DNA of 64,000 nt from the NCBI GenBank assembly GCA_028534125.1, contig CM052817.1:103294001-103358000 (forward strand), read 5' to 3'. Of this stretch, positions 24,456 to 39,540 are shown in pieces. The number at the start of each line of letters is the position of its first letter. Within the stretch, counting starts at the first letter, position 1. Origin of the DNA: Lama glama. Its lineage: Eukaryota. Under the pieces are notes generated by a model. The model saw only the letters and a program-made list of their open reading frames with translations, was not told the origin of the DNA and ran no database searches. The translations under genes were made by a program, and so were the position numbers.

Positions 24456-25095
24456 GGTGTTCATGAGCTTTTGTGCCCTGATTTCCACAGGCTATAATAC
24501 CTACTGAAAGAATAAATCCACTAAGAGAGGCTTCTCTCTCCAGTGATTGGGTGGCTGACAAAGGCAACCCCGAGTGCAGAGAGACAGAGGCCCCAACCAG
24601 ACGAAGCAGCTGCACAGGCTCTGAAGGGGAGAAGGAAGCCCGGGGAGGGTGGGGTGTGAGCCACAAGGGCTAAATCTAAAGGAAGAGGCTCTGTCTGGAG
24701 TAAGCTAAACTTGGCCACCCTGGGTGACTTCTTCCAACTCACAAGGTGGTGAAATCACTTGGCTGGAGAACACTGTGTTTACATCACAGTTCTTTCAGGT
24801 GTCTAGCTGTGGGGGGAAAGCCAGTTCCCCGAAGGTCCCTGTTTCAGACCGTTTAATGCGTGCAGGCTCCTGCTGTGGGTCAAGTACAAAACCCTGGCGT
24901 CTGATTTCGGGAAGCTCCTTGGCAGTGAGGACACACGGTCATTTACACAACCAACTAGTCAACTGGCTGCGTTTCTCAACTTCCAGATCAAAGATCACTG
25001 GCTGTCACTACACATACAGGATCACTAAGTTACAAAACAAAACAAAAGAAAAAATACGGTGTCACCGTACACTAGGAAAAGAAAACTACACTCAC

Positions 25096-25205
25096 CTTCT
25101 CTTCTGAAGAAATGGTAAGTTTGTCACTTGAGATTAAGCTGCACACTTGCTCAATGCCGAGGTTGAGAAATTCCTCACTGAGCACGACGTCTGCAAAGTG
25201 CTGCT
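25096..25205 (-). CDS. KLHL2: KLHL2 coding exon (~exon 6; BACK; EQHFADVVLSEEFLNLGIEQVCSLISSDKLTISSEEK)
   Basis: 110 nt, read by hand (not in the ORF track). Acceptor AAACAG|AG, donor AAG|GTGAGT. Confidence 0.96.
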
Positions 25206-26029
25206 CTGTTTGGAGATTACAGAGAAAATCCATTAACACCAGCATTCCAGTATTATCATTTCAAACTGCTTAAAAAAGAAGAGGCTTTTCTTAATCTAAC
25301 CAATGAGTGAGAAAACCAAGTGTACTTCTTTAAGGCAAGAACTAGCAAGAGGAACCCAGACAACTCACCTGGGGAAGTGGTCTGTGCCTGAGTGACAAAG
25401 GGAAAGCACGTGCAGGAAGGCAGCCTTACTGTTCACGCAGCTGAATCGCTTCTGTTTCATAAGGTGGTATTTTAGAGTTAAATATCTATTCCTTACATGG
25501 TCGTAGGACTATCAGTATTGAAATTTGTAAAACCTTCTGTTTACATAAATCAGATAAAGTACATTCACACACTTGACTTTATTAGGTAAAACAGAGAGCT
25601 TTAGAACATAATGGGATAAGGAGGGAAAGCTGCTTAATTTGAAAACTAAAGACTAAACTAAACAAAGAAATCTTAAACACTGGTCCCTCTGAATATATGA
25701 CCATCATTTAAAAAAAACAGAACTAGTCTATAATACAGATAGTTCTGAATTCCATGTAAGCAGCTTTTTCAGGAATTAAGTTACACTGTTTTATACTCTC
25801 AACCCCTTCCAGAAACCAGTGAAATTAGTAATTCTTAAAATACTTGGGGGGGGGGAGACTCTCTTTAATTTCACAAATATACCCAACTTCTCAAAGGTGG
25901 GGGAAGTGGGGGCTATTAGTACAATCCATGACTTTAAAACTTAAAAATATATATATATATTTACAAAGTATCCTTTCCCACAAGCCCAGCTGTCATTTTA
26001 AAGTGTGAGCTCACAAGGAAAGGTGGTGG

Positions 26030-26230
26030 TGGAATCCCAGCTCTGCCATGTGCTAGCCTGTAAACCCTTGGACAAGTTTTGTAATTTCTCTAAACCTTGG
26101 TTTCCTCATCTGTACATTAGGGTTAGGTAATAAAAATACCTTACCTAACAAGATTGCTGTGAGGATTAAATAAATTGTTTGCAAGCACTTAGATCTGTGC
26201 GTGGTAACGAGTGAGGATTCAGATCTTGCT
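26030..26230 (+). mobile_element. MIR SINE
   Basis: MIR core gaatcccagctctgcc...ttggacaagt...gtttcctcatctgta...gattgctgtgaggattaaat. Confidence 0.8.
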
Positions 26231-26599
26231 CTTACTGTATTATGATCCCTGCAGTCTAAAGTAAAGACCTGCCAGAAGTTGTAGGTGTTTTCTGGGTCTT
26301 TACAACTAACCATATTCTAATAGTAATTTTTTTAAAAAGGCTTTTCTAAAATGAAATAAAAGATTCATTTCAAATATGTGTTTCAACACACCATAAAAAG
26401 GATTAGTTGGCTTCCCTTTCAGTGGACACAGGGCAGACCCATGCCCCCAAGGCTGGGGAAAGCAACAGGAGAATACTGGGAGCCGCAGCTGAGGGGCAGA
26501 GAGTCACAAGCAGACTCCACGTGGGAACCCGTGCCAGGGCAGGAAGCCTCAACGTGGACACTCTGAGATTTAAAACTTCAGCGGGGCTCAGTCATAGGA

Positions 26600-27600
26600 G
26601 GATCCTCACAATACAGTGAGATTTACATCTAGGAGGCTGACCCAGTTTCCACAGTAAATATCAGAGCAAAATCCCCTCTGGCTTCTGGAATGAGGAGGAA
26701 AAATGAAATAATTTGAAATATCCAAAGTACTGTTCTTAACCATGCCTGCCCTCAGCAGAAGCTAGTTTTCCAGAGCGTAACTGACCCGAGGAAGGGAAAC
26801 ACCCAACTCCTGCCCACTCCAGCCATCCTGTCCAGCCTCGGGAGGGAGAGAGAAACCTGAGAAATACTTGTGAGGTTCCACAGTCCAGTGCCACAGGCTC
26901 CCTAACAAACTGAGACCTAATCACAGGGCTACAGAAGGCTGCTCTCCCACACCTCACCACCACTGCATGAAAGGCCTGTTTACAGCAGTTCCTTTCACTG
27001 ATCTGGCTATCAAGAAAAAATTACAAGGCATTCCAAAAGGCAAAAATACAACTTGAAGAGACAGAGCAAGCATAAGAACCAGACATGGCCAGGATGCTGG
27101 ATTTACCAGAGTGGAAATTTAAAACACAATTTAAAACAACCATGATAAATATACGAAGGGGGCCTAATGGGTAAAGTAGACAGCACGCAAGAACAGATGA
27201 GTAATGTGAACAGAGGGATGGAACGTCTAAGAGAGAACCAAGAAGTAATGCTAGAGATCAGAAACACAGTGAGCAAAATGAAGAATGCCTTTGATGGGTT
27301 TATTAGTAGACTGGACACGATGGAGGAAAGAACCTGAGCTTGAGGATAATGGTGGATGCACGTCAGTATACACGGGTCAAAACCCACAGAATGTACAACA
27401 CAGTGCACCCTAACATACACCACGACTTCAATTAATAATAACGTATCAGTCAGTACTGGCTCATTGTCTGTAACAAATGCACCACACTAAAGCAAGACGT
27501 TAATAGAAACCACAGGGAGAGGGACCATACAGGAAGAACTTGGCACTGCCCACTGCATTTGTCTATAAACCTACGAGTGCTCTGACAAATACATGAAGAG
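26600..27600 (+). mobile_element. Old L1 (L1MC/L1MD-like) fragments, ORF1 region plus 3'UTR piece
   Basis: ORF1-like gaagaatgcctttgatgggtttattagtagactggacac and 3'UTR-like aaacccacagaatgtacaacac...tgtaacaaatgcaccacacta. Confidence 0.6.
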
Positions 27601-28627
27601 TATTAGTCCAAAAATGCACTACGGAAGAACAACATGAATGATTAATTTGTAACTGAATCTGTAATCAAAAGTCAAACTGGAAAAAAGTAAAATGGGTATT
27701 TGAAAAAATACCAACTAAAGGTTAAATTTAAATATACATTTTTAACATATACCTAGTCCTTATAATTTACTATTTTTATATTTCTTATAATTTATTAGTT
27801 TTAATTTATCTAGTCGTTACTACAGTATTACATCACAACAGTACTTTAAAACCTAGTGTAAATTTTAAATAGGGTTATAGATTTTAATAAATCACCATAA
27901 TTAATTACAAGGGTCCTTTCTACATCTGAATATGATCCTACTATTTCCTCACCTCACACAACATTTACATAAAAAATATTTCAGAAGTCTTTACGTATAA
28001 AAAATAAGGAAAAACTTTTCTTCAGTGGTTGGATTTGCTTTTTAAAGAATGAACATAAGAAAAACATTAAAGAGATTCTTTATATTTGAAGTTCCCAAAT
28101 ATTGAGAGATAAATTCATTTCAGTGAAAATCTGGCAACAGTATATAAATTAAAAAATGTTTATGACAGCAACTTGGAAATTCAAAGATAAATACACAGTA
28201 GCTCCTGAACAAAAGACAAGTGCATACAAACCTCTTTTTCCTACTCATAAAATATTTTCACTTCCAAACATAGGTCTATAATGATTTTGCACCAAGCTTC
28301 TTTACAATTTTAAAATCTGAACCAAAGAGACTCCTAGCCTCCTCATACTTCTCATTGCGGGAAAAATCTCTAGTGGTAACAAACACAACAAAGAGAACAT
28401 AACTTCTCTATATCATGACTGTATGAGTTACCCTAGACTCTGTCTCATCAATATGAAAAACAGACTTGCTAAAAAAGCAAATCTGGTGATTTTTTAAAAA
28501 AAAAATTAGCAGTTACATTAATTTAGAAATAAGGACACTAGTAAACTCTATCTAAAGTCAAGTCTGGGCTCTAAATTCATTGAGTGCTCTTTACTAGTGA
28601 TAAAGGGAAGTTAAGAGGGCACGGAAT

Positions 28628-28793
28628 ACAGTCAACTATTACAACTGTATGATCAGCCCTCTCCTATCCGTGGCTGCGAAACCCAACTGTATTCATCCTC
28701 CAGCATTTTATACAGAGGACTTGCGCAACCGCGGTTGCTGGTATCAGCAGGGCTCCTGGAACCAGTCCCCCAGGAATACACAGGGACAACTAT
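28628..28793 (-). mobile_element. MER2-type (TcMar-Tigger) fragment
   Basis: End ...ggaaccagtcccccaggaatacacagggacaactata is the reverse complement of the start of the MER2-like copy at 53593. Confidence 0.6.
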
Positions 28794-30817
28794 ACTGTCA
28801 AAACCATAACATAGCTGTTATTCAAACAAATGACCCCCATCCCCCTCACCAATTACCAAAACACTAGTCTAAACGAAAAGTGGAGAAAGAAGAAACGTTC
28901 AAAGAAAATGTCACTGCAGACATATACAAATCTTTAAATAGTTCCAACCCTCACATACATTCTACTTTCTACCTGAACAACTTAGTGAAACCTCTCAGTG
29001 CTGGAATCTAATGTTCAGCCCTCCCTCCATATTATATTTTCTTTGGAGAGGGCCTGGGAAATGCGTGGTGCATCACTAAACACGAAGGCATGTTTGGCAT
29101 CACTTGTAAATTCGTTCACTGTAAGGCCTGCCTTTCATCTATTTACAGCAATTACAGTATGAGCATTCAAATATTCTGCTGTGCTAACTGACAGCAGCTT
29201 GGTCGGACTGTTGCTGCAACCCCCCCCCCCCCCGATGCACCCAGATGCACCAGATGACCAGCTCAGTCACGGGAAGGCACTCCGGGGCACGACTGATAGT
29301 TTCAACTTTTTTGGTTGCACAAAGTTGTCTTGTGAATAATCTCCTTGATGTAACATCACCTGATCTTAGTATTTTACTGCTCCTTCCTACTCAACCTGAA
29401 GACTCCACCCGCTTACCTACAGCAGCTCACACAGTGCATGTGGCCCGACTTCATCCCACAAGCCAGCAGGGTTCATGACTACCCAGGGCCACTATCCTTG
29501 GCCCGACCCTCACTCACTGTTTCCAGAATGTCTTCTGCTATTTCAGTGTTCCGATGCCTCAGCCTGCGTCTCCTACTGTTTCTTCTCAGCCCAGGCTTGC
29601 TCTGCATATGATCCTACCGACCTTAACACTTCAACCAGTTCACTTAGTATCAAACTAAAAACACTAAAGGTTGCCTATGTTAAAAGTGTATATATAATAG
29701 CATACATTAAAATTAAAACATTTATTAAAAGTGTCTATAACCAATTCTCTTGAACTAAAATAAAGTAACTCTTGTCATCTGAATGGGAAAAAGTTTAAGT
29801 CAATATATGTTAGAGGGGAAAAAAAATCCTGATGTCAAACTTGTAAGAGCAAAAGGAGCTTTACAAAGTTTCTATGGGAATATATAAAATCTAAACCACA
29901 TTTATAAAGGGAAACTCCTGACCACCTCAGAAGGAAGATCTTTGTGTGAGGGGAGGTCACAAATTTTAGTCATCTAATGTGAGACACTGGCTACAGGGCA
30001 AGCCATTTCTCCAACACATATTTAAAAAGTATCATGCCCTCAGAACAATCCCTTTAATGAATCAGTTAGTAAAATTTTACATGCGTTTTCAAAAACATTA
30101 AAATAACATGAACTCTGGCACAACTGACAGCGGCAAATCTCAATTTTAAGATTACTATACATGTATTTAAATTTCTAGGTGCCAAAAGCAATTGAAAACA
30201 TGTTTGGATAGAAATTGGTTCACAGGGACTCCGTGGGAAGTCAAGAAGGTCAGTGCTGCCCATCTGTCATTTTATATGTTCTCGATATAAATCATTATTT
30301 GTCTCTCTGATGCTTGCTTAGTTCCTCTTGTTAAATGCTCTCATATTAATATTACCACTGCTGCCAATAAAAATGACATGATATGAACATTTCTTCCTTG
30401 GCCTCAAGCCACAAAACCATGAAGGACAAAATTCAAAACAAAACAAAACAAAACAAAACCCTATTAAATGAAACAGTGTACTATTTCATACTGCTGGTAG
30501 GAATATAAATAAATCAGTACAAGCTCTCCAGAGAGCAATACTGAAATCATCCTACAAGTGCACCTGACCACTTATGAAAGAGCACACTGACCGCAGCACT
30601 GCTTTTAGTAACTGCAAAAAAAAAAAAAAAGAGTTCATCAGTTGAAATTAGTTTAAAACAGTACAACTATACAATGGAATAGTCTGCATCTATAAAAAAG
30701 AACAAGAAAGCTCATGCTATGGAAACGGCTTCAGGAAATACTGTCAGAGAGGAAAAGGGCACAGAAAAGAGTATACAGCACGTTGGCTACCTTTTGTGTA
30801 AGAAAAGGGAAGGATAA

Positions 30818-31342
30818 TGTAACAGGGAAGAACAAATCTGACTCCATATTTGACTGTTCCTTTTGCTCTGACCTTGTGCTCTGTTGTCTGTGCTTCGTCA
30901 TGCTGGTTCTGCACATTTTGTAAAAGAACACTGCCTACAGCCTTGAAATATATAAAATAGCCCATTCTCAAGGCCCTGACCTTTAAGAGTATAATGCTTT
31001 CCCACACACAGAGAGATTAAAAGTTGCAGAACAGAGAATAACATTTGTCTTGTTCGAGGTTTGCAGAGGCACAATGACCTGACATAGGTGGACAGCTGCA
31101 AGGACAAAGGATTCTGGATTCCTACACCAAGAATTCTGCAACAACCAACCACAACCCCTCTCCTTCTTAATATAAAAGGAGACTGAATTCTGACTTGGAT
31201 AAGGTGGTTCTCCAGGATGTTCATTAGTCTGCCCTCTTTCTGTCTGCTGACTTTTCGAATAAAGTTGCTATTCCTTGCCACCTCATCTCCCGACTTATTG
31301 GCCTGTCGGGCCGTGAGAAGAACAAGTTTGGATTCGGTAACA
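30818..31342 (+). mobile_element. Solo LTR, ERV1 class (525 bp)
   Basis: TG...CA termini (tgtaaca...ggtaaca), 4-bp TSD ataa (30814-30817 / 31343-31346), TATA box at 31171, AATAAA at 31258. Confidence 0.88.
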
Positions 31343-31654
31343 ATAACACTATAGATTCATGCACACTGGAAAGCTATAAAAGGAACCAATAAAAACAATT
31401 ACCTATAGAAGAGGGCATACTTAAGGAAGAGGGAAGTAAGACAGGCATGGAAACAAATTTTTTCAGTGGATAGCTTTGTACGTTGTATTGTTATATGAAC
31501 CATGTGAACCAATTATCTAGCCTCCCCAACCCCCTAAACCCAAAACATAAAAACCAAAAACACTAGTGACTACCTTTGCAGGGGGTGAGGGAGGATGAAG
31601 GACAAGGGTAAAAGGGAGACTTTTTCAATGTACATCTTTCAATACACTTGTGTA

Positions 31655-32945
31655 TACAGTCAAATGATCTTTGATAAGGTTGCCACTTGAAGAGGAAAGA
31701 ACAGTCTCTTCAAAAAATTGTGTTGGGAAACTGGATACTCACGTGCAAAAAAATGAAGGTGGGCTCTGATCTTATACATACACAAAAATTAATCCAAAAG
31801 GGGTAACAGGCCTAAACCTAAGACCCTAAACTATAAAACTCTGGAAGAAAACACGAGGGAAAAACTTCACGATGTTTGACTTGGCAATTTTTCTTATGTC
31901 TTATATATGACACAAAAAGCACAGGCAACCAAAGCAAAAACAAAATGAGACTACATCAAACTTAAAAATTTTGTATATCAAAGGACCCAGTCAACAGAGT
32001 GAAAAAGCAGCCTACAGGAATGGGAGAAAATGACTTGCAGATCATACATCTGATAAGGTGTTAATACCAAAAATATAAAAATAACTCCTACAACTAAATA
32101 GCAAAAAAACCAATCCAATTAAAAAAATGGGTAGAGGATCTGCATATACATTTTTCCAAAGAAGACATACAAATGGCCAACAGGCATATGAAAAGATGCT
32201 CAACATCACTAATCATCAGAGAAAATGCAAATCAAAACCACAATGAGAGATCACCTGACAATGGTCAGAATGGCTATCATCACAAAGACAAGAGATTGAT
32301 GAGGATGGAGAAAAACTGGACCCTTGTGCACTGTTGGTGGGAATGTAAACTGGAGCAGCCACTATGGAAAACAGTATGGAAGTCCCTCAAAAAAGTAAAA
32401 ATAAAACAGCAATCCCACTTCTGGTATATATTTGAAGGAAATGAAATCAAATCTTGAAGAGATATCTGTATGTTTGTGTTCACTGCAGCATTATTCACAA
32501 TAGCCAAGATGCAGAAACAACCTGTGTCAACAAATGAATGAAAAAAGATGTGACAACATACACACACACCCCCACACCCACAACGGGAAAAAAAAAATTG
32601 TGCCATTTGTAACCACATGAACAAAACTTGAGAACATTATACTAAGTGAAATAAGTCAGATAAAGACAAATACTATATGATATCACTTACATGTGAAATT
32701 TAAAACAGCCAAAATCGTAGAAACAGAGAGTAGAGTGTGGCAGTTACCAGGGCTTGGAGGGGTTAGGAAAATAGGGATATGTAGGTAAGAGGGCACAACC
32801 TTCCAGTTGTAAGATGAGTAAGCTCTGGGCATCTAACCTACTGTGTGGTGATTACCATTAACGATAACACATTACACAGTTGAAAGTTGCTAGGAGAGTC
32901 AATTTGAAATGTTCTCAACACAAAAAAGGAATAGTAATTATGCTT
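31655..32945 (+). mobile_element. L1 ORF2 C-terminal region and 3'UTR
   Basis: ORF 32173..32457 [17 protein letters not shown]...[17 protein letters not shown] is the L1 ORF2 Cys-rich domain. Confidence 0.9.
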
Positions 32946-32949
32946 TGTT

Positions 32950-35900
32950 AATACTGTGTTACACGAGTTCACTATATATTTTAGATATTAACCCCTCACT
33001 AGATATACAATTTGTGAATTTTTTTCCCATTTTGTAGGTTGCCTTTTCATTTTGGTGATTATTTCTTTCATTGTGCAGAAGCTTTTCAGTTTGATGTAGT
33101 CCTACTTACTAATTTTTGCTCCTGTTACTTGTGCTTCTGGTGTTATATCTGAAAAATCACTGCCAAGACTAACGTCAAAGAACTTATTCCCTGTTTTCAT
33201 TTAGGAGTTTTACGGTTTCAGGTTTTATGTATAATTCCTTATTCTATTTGAGTTAATTTTTGTTAAGTGTTGTAGGATAGAGGTCTAATTTCATTCTTCT
33301 GCATGTGGTTATCCAGCTTTTCAACACCATCTACCAAAGAGATTGTACTTCCCACACTGAATACTCTCGAATACTTTGCCAAATATTAGTTGGTCATATA
33401 AGCAGGGGGTTATTATCGAGCTCTCAATTTGTCCCACTGGTCTATGTGTCTATATTTATGCCAGTAGCACCCTGCTTTGATTATCATACCTTTGTTTGAA
33501 ATCAGCAGTGTGATGCTATCTTCTTTCCCAAGAATTGTTTTGGCTATTTGGGGTCTTTTGTGGTTCCGTTAAAGCTTTAGGATTTTTTTTTCTATTCCTG
33601 TGAAAAATACCATTGGAATTTTGAGAGAGACTGCATTAAGTCTACAGATGGCTTTGGACAGTATGGACATTTTAACAATATTAATTCTTCCAACCCATCA
33701 ACACAAGATATCTTTCCATTTATTTGTGTCTTTTTCAATTTCTTTCATCTAAGTCTTATAGTTTTCAACAAACAGCTCTTTCACCTCCTTAGAGAAATTT
33801 GTTCCCAAGTATTTTATTATTTCTGATGCTATTGTGTATGGCATTGTTTTATTTCTGTTTCATATATTTCAGTGTTAGTGTACACAAATTCAGCTGATTT
33901 GTGTGCTGATTTTGTAGCATGCAATTGAATTTGTTGATCAGTTCCAACTATTTTTTTTGGTGGAGATCATATCATATAAGATCATATTATCTGCAAATAA
34001 ATAATTTTACGTCTTCCTTTCTGACTGGATGCCTTTTCTTTCTTTCTCTTGCCTAACTGCTATGGCTAAGACTTCCAGTACTATGCTGAATAGGAGTGTT
34101 AAGGGCAGGCACCCTTGTTTTGTTCCGGACCGTAGAGGAAAAGTTTTCAACTCTTCACTCCCGAGTATGGTATCAGGTACGGGCTTGTCACATATGGACA
34201 TTATCATGTCGAAGGCATGTTCCTTCTATACCCAATTTGCTGAGAGCCTTTCTCATGAAAGGATCCTGTTTTTTTGTCAAATGCTTTTTTCTTCATCAAC
34301 TGGGATGACTGTATGATTTTTATCTTTCATTCTATTAAGTAGTGTACCACATTTATTGATTTGCAGATACTGAACCATTTTTTAATTCTGTGGATAAATC
34401 CCACTTGACCATGGTGTATGATTCCTTTTAAGTGCTGCTAAATTCAGTTTGCTAACATCTGATTGAAAATTTTGCATCTATACTCATCAGGGATATTGGC
34501 CTGTAGTTTTCTTGTAATTTCCTTTTCTGGCTTTGGTATCAGGGTAATGCTAGCCTTGTATAAATGAATCTGAGAGTCCTCCCTCCTCTTCAATGTTTCA
34601 GAAGAGTTTAAGAAGGATTAGTGTTATTTCTTCTTTAAATATTTGATAGAATTCACCAGTGAAGTCATCGGGTCCTGAACTTTGCTTTGTTAGGAAGTTT
34701 TTGATTACTGATAAAATCTCCTTATTTGTTATTGGTCTGTTCAGATTTTCTGGTTCGGCCTTGGTAACTTGTATGTTTCAAAGAATTTATCCATTTCTTC
34801 TAGGTTATGTTGGCATATGTGTCTCTTACACTCGTCTGAACTTCTGTGGTATAAAAGCTGTAATGTCTCCTGTTCCATTACTGATTTTATTTACTTGAGT
34901 CTTCTTTTGCCTCTAAATCTAGCTAAAGGTTTGTCAGTTCTGTTTATCCTTTAAAAAAAAAAAGGCCCTTAGTTTAATTTACCTTTTTGCTTTTGCTTTT
35001 CTTGTCTCTATTTAATTTATTTCTGTTCTGATCTTAATTATTTCCTTCCTTCTGTTATCATTGGGCTTAGCTGGTTTTTTTTTTCTAGTTCCTTGACATA
35101 TAAAATTAGGTTGTTTGAGATCTTTTTTCTTAATATAGGCATTTATCTGTTAACTTCCCTCTTAGAATTGCTTTTGCAGACTCTCATAGGTTTTAGTATG
35201 GTATTTTTTCATTTTTGTTTGTTTCAAGCTATTTTTAAATTTCGTTTTTGATTTCTTTGACACATTGGTTGTTCAGGACTATGTTTAGTTTCCACATGTT
35301 TGTGAATTTTTCAATTGCCTCCTGTTACTGATTTCTAGTATTATATACCATTGTGGTTAGAAAAAAAATACTTGGTATGATTTTAATTTTCTTAAATTTG
35401 TTAAGACTTGTTTTATAACCTATCACATGGTCTATCCTGGTGAATGCTGTGTGTGTGCTTAAGAAGAATGTGTATCCTGCTGCTGTTGGATGGAATGTTC
35501 TGAATATGTCTGTTAGGTCCATTTGGTCTAGAGTGCAGTTTAAATCTAATGTTTCCTTGTTGATATTCTGTCTGGATGATCTATCCATTGTTGAAGGTGG
35601 AGTACTAATGTCCCCTATGATTATTTTATTGTTGTCTATTTCTCCCTCCAGATCTGCTAGTGTTTCTTAATATATTCAGGTGCTCCCATGTTGGGTGCAT
35701 ATATATTTATGACTGTTATATCTTCTTGACAAATTGAACCCTTTATCATTATATAATGACCTTCTCTGTCTCTAGTTATCATTTCTGGCTTAATATCCAT
35801 TTTGTCTGACATCAGTATAGCTACCCCTGCACTCTTGGTTTCCACTTGCATAGAATATCTTTTCCAACTTTTACGTTGAGCCCATGTGTGCTCTTAAAGC

Positions 35901-36600
35901 TGAAGTGAGGCATCCTACAGCTGGGTCTTGTATTTTGTTTTTTTTGTTTTTAAATCCGTCCAACCACTCCATGCCTTTTAATTGAAGAATTCAATCCATT
36001 TATATTTAGCGTTAATTATTGATAGGTAAGACCTTACTAATTCCATCTTACAGTTTTCTGGTTGTTTTTGCAGTTCCCTTGTTCCTTTCTTCCTCTCTTG
36101 CTGTCTTCCTTAGCAAGGTGAAAATTCTCTGTAGTAGTGTGCTCTGATTCCCTTCTTTTCATCTTTTATGTATCTACTGTAGGTTTTTGCTTTGTGGTTA
36201 CCATGAGGCTTACATAAAACATCTTATAGATATAAGTATTTTATGCTGATAACAACTTAGCTTTAATCACACACAAAAACTCTACTCTTTTACTTCCCCC
36301 AAACTTTTATGGTTTTTGATGTACAATAATTTAACTCTTTTTACAGTGTGCATTCATTAACAAACTATTGTAGCTATTTTTAATACTCTTGTCCTTTAAT
36401 CTTACATCATCACTTTAGAGTATTAGAGTATTCTTAATTTTTATTATATACTTACCTTTACCAGTGTGATGTATATTTTCATATATTTTTATGTTAGTAA
36501 TTCACCACCTTTGATTTCAGCTTGAAGAAATCCTTTCAGCATTTCTTTTACAGCAGAACTCTCTCAGTCTCTGTGTCTGGGAAAGTATTTCTCCTTTGTT
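32950..36600 (-). mobile_element. L1 ORF2 (endonuclease through RT), decayed
   Basis: Minus-strand ORFs carry [14 protein letters not shown] (RT), DLTDIFRTFHP..RIDH and GVAILMSDK..GHYIMIKGSI..NIYAPN (endonuclease). Confidence 0.92.
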
Positions 36601-39540
36601 TCTGAACCACAGGCAGAGGAGCATCTCTCCTGGCCCTAAGCTGTGCCACCATGTGGCAGGGGTGATGCAGGTGAAGTGCAAACTGCTCCTCTCACACTCT
36701 AGTGCACCCATTGTTCTTGCTCCAGTGGAATGCTAAATCTTCTCCAGAAACCCGGATTTCCACAAAGGCTCTCTCATCTGTGGAGGACTGTCTAGGTCAG
36801 TGTTCTCCACGGGCTCCCAGACTGCAGCTAAGAGGGGCTGGAACTGGTTCACAGGTCCCATCAGGGTCCACAGTCAAGACCAACATCTGCCTGTCTACTG
36901 TCCAATGCATAGCAAGCAAGTTTCCTTCAGGATCCCTTAGGGTATGGTACTGGATCCCAGAGCTCCCACAAAGGCACTTTTGTTTGCCGACAGATAAGGA
37001 ATATTTGTTGCATAGGGAGGGAAGGCAAGAATGAGGGATGTCTTATGCCCATGACTCAAAAATGTGAAAACACTAGTGATCGACACTTTTAAAACCAAGG
37101 GAAAAAATAACAAAATATCACCGAAGTAGGCCTATCAAGGTCTGTCCCCAGTGAGGAAGTTAAGTATTACTACAGAGAGTCAATGCGTTTTATTGTCTTG
37201 ACTTCAGTGAACAAACATCTGCTATCCTCCCCAAGTTGGGCCACTGGTCTTCACACAAGTTCTTTAGGACAGATCTTAATACTGAAGCCTCTACGTGCTG
37301 CTGCATTCAAGTCTTTATGTGTTGTAACACAGCTTCTGGCCTGCTTTCTCTTGAAATTGTTCTTTGAAAGTCTTTTTCTTGGGATTAGTATTTCTAAACC
37401 CCTATGTAGTATTTAATCCTAAAGACACTTTCTCCTAGCTTGGATTTTATAATACTTTTTCTGCCTTTCTAACTACTCAGTCTGTCTCTGTCAGCTCCCT
37501 AAAACTAGGTATTGCCTATGGATCTGACTGCCTTGGGTCCTCTTTTCATTTTCTGCTTGTTCTCCTTTACCATTTAATACACGTTTCTGTGTCCATAGTT
37601 ATTGTCAACTATCATCCCAGTATGGTTGTTCCCATCCTCAACCTCTCTCCCAAATCCCAGTAACTGAATTTCCAGCTATCTGCCAGTCTCCATATAATCT
37701 CTCTAAGCATCTTTTTTAAACAAACAGTCACCCCCACACCATACACCCAGTAACACATACAAGCAGACCTCTAAAACCCACATTATTTATTGTTTTAGGC
37801 CACTAACTTTGTCTGTTTTGAGCTCTGTGGTCTGGACTTTATAATCATCATGCATCTTTATGCTGATGACTTTGCTTCACTTCTTGGCTTAATACTTGAC
37901 AAAGATTCTCTGGCTGAGTCTGTTGATTATCTCCTCAAAACAAATCAAGATCTTCTACTGGCCAAGCTGTCTTTGGCTGTTGCTCATAATCTTACCCAGG
38001 ATCTCTAAACTGATACTGTATTTCACTGCTGATTCTTCCTTAAGCAATCAAGACTAAGATCCACCTACATCTTCCTCCATACACCTGCCTGACCTCCCAT
38101 GTTTTTCTGGGTCACAGTGGCTCTATTATCCACAATGATTCCAAGGCTAAATAAAGTCTCAGTAACAGCTGATTCCTCATAATTTACCACATTAACCACT
38201 TTGAAGTATATAGCTTAGTAGTGTTAAGTATGCTCATGTTGTAAAATCTAAAACTCTACACCCATGAAACAATGCCCTTTTTCCTCCTCCTCCATCTCTT
38301 CTCTTTAAATCCTAAAATGAATTGTTTCAGAAATCCTGGGAATCTTTCTCAGTAGTGCCATAAGAAATTGTAAGATTTAGTGCTGTTAAGGGATCTGAAA
38401 GGTCACCTGACCACAAATTTCCTATATAAGAGTAACCTCCAAGATGTTTTTTTTTAAAGAGGTTTAGTCTGTTCTTTTATTTAACTCCAAAATGTTGACT
38501 ACAGTTTGCACACATAAGCAGAGAGCAAAGCAGTCATATCGCCCTTGAGCTACTTATAACCCACCACAGAACAAGATTAATCTTTCTCTTATGAAATTCC
38601 TTCAGACTTTTACAGAGAGCATTATATTCTTCAGAATTTTCCTTCCAAGGTTTATAAATTCCTAAGCCTTTTGACCACTCCTTGTACAACATAATTTGGG
38701 GTCTTCAACATCATCCTGACTCTGAATTCAGCACTTCAGTTCATCAGTCCCTCTCAAAACATGTAACTGAAAATGAAGTCAATTTCATAGATATGGTCTG
38801 ACCTGGGCAGAACAGAGTGAGCTAATCACCTGTTCTGATCATCTTTCTAGACACAACTGCATTATTGATTGCTATGGAATCTACTATCAATGAAAGCTGT
38901 AACATCTTTGGATTGCTCTGGCCAATATAAGCCTAATACTTGTCATGGACCTAAGACAAGAAATTCTTTCTTTTCACTGAATGACTTCGTATTCAGATGA
39001 CTGTATCTCAGTAAGGTATAGTAAAAATTAGCAGCTACTGCACACTGGCAAGAAATATGCACACACTAAAATGTACCTACAAAGTTTTACCTAAAATATA
39101 ATGCTAAAGGGAAGGTCACCTTGGAGTCTAGTCTGTTTCCCATACTCATATCCAGGCCTAGTTCCCTGACCCACTACCTCCTCTCCATCTTCACTACTCT
39201 AGTCCTCACTCTTCCCAGCCTCAATTACTCTTTCCAGTCCTCTCACCAGCACAGTGACAGATTATTCTTTTTTGTAGCACAGAGCCTATACTGTGGCATT
39301 AATTATTTGCTTCTACTAGTTTACTCTGCTACTGTGTAAAGCCAACCTAATTATGCCAGCATTTGATAATCAGTTCCTTTCTCTCTGAACAACTGCCATA
39401 ACTGCAGTGGAGACTGAGTCCAAGTAGTATGAACCACACCATGAATATGCAAGATACATTAAGCACACGTACTGTACATGTATAATGTACATATGCATTC
39501 TTCCTTATATATAGGGAATCTCTTCACTCTCTAGAGCAGC

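Noticed and set aside
30818..31342. Interferon-inducible STAT1 (GAS) enhancer in the LTR
   Set aside because: I found no clean TTCnnnGAA motif by eye.
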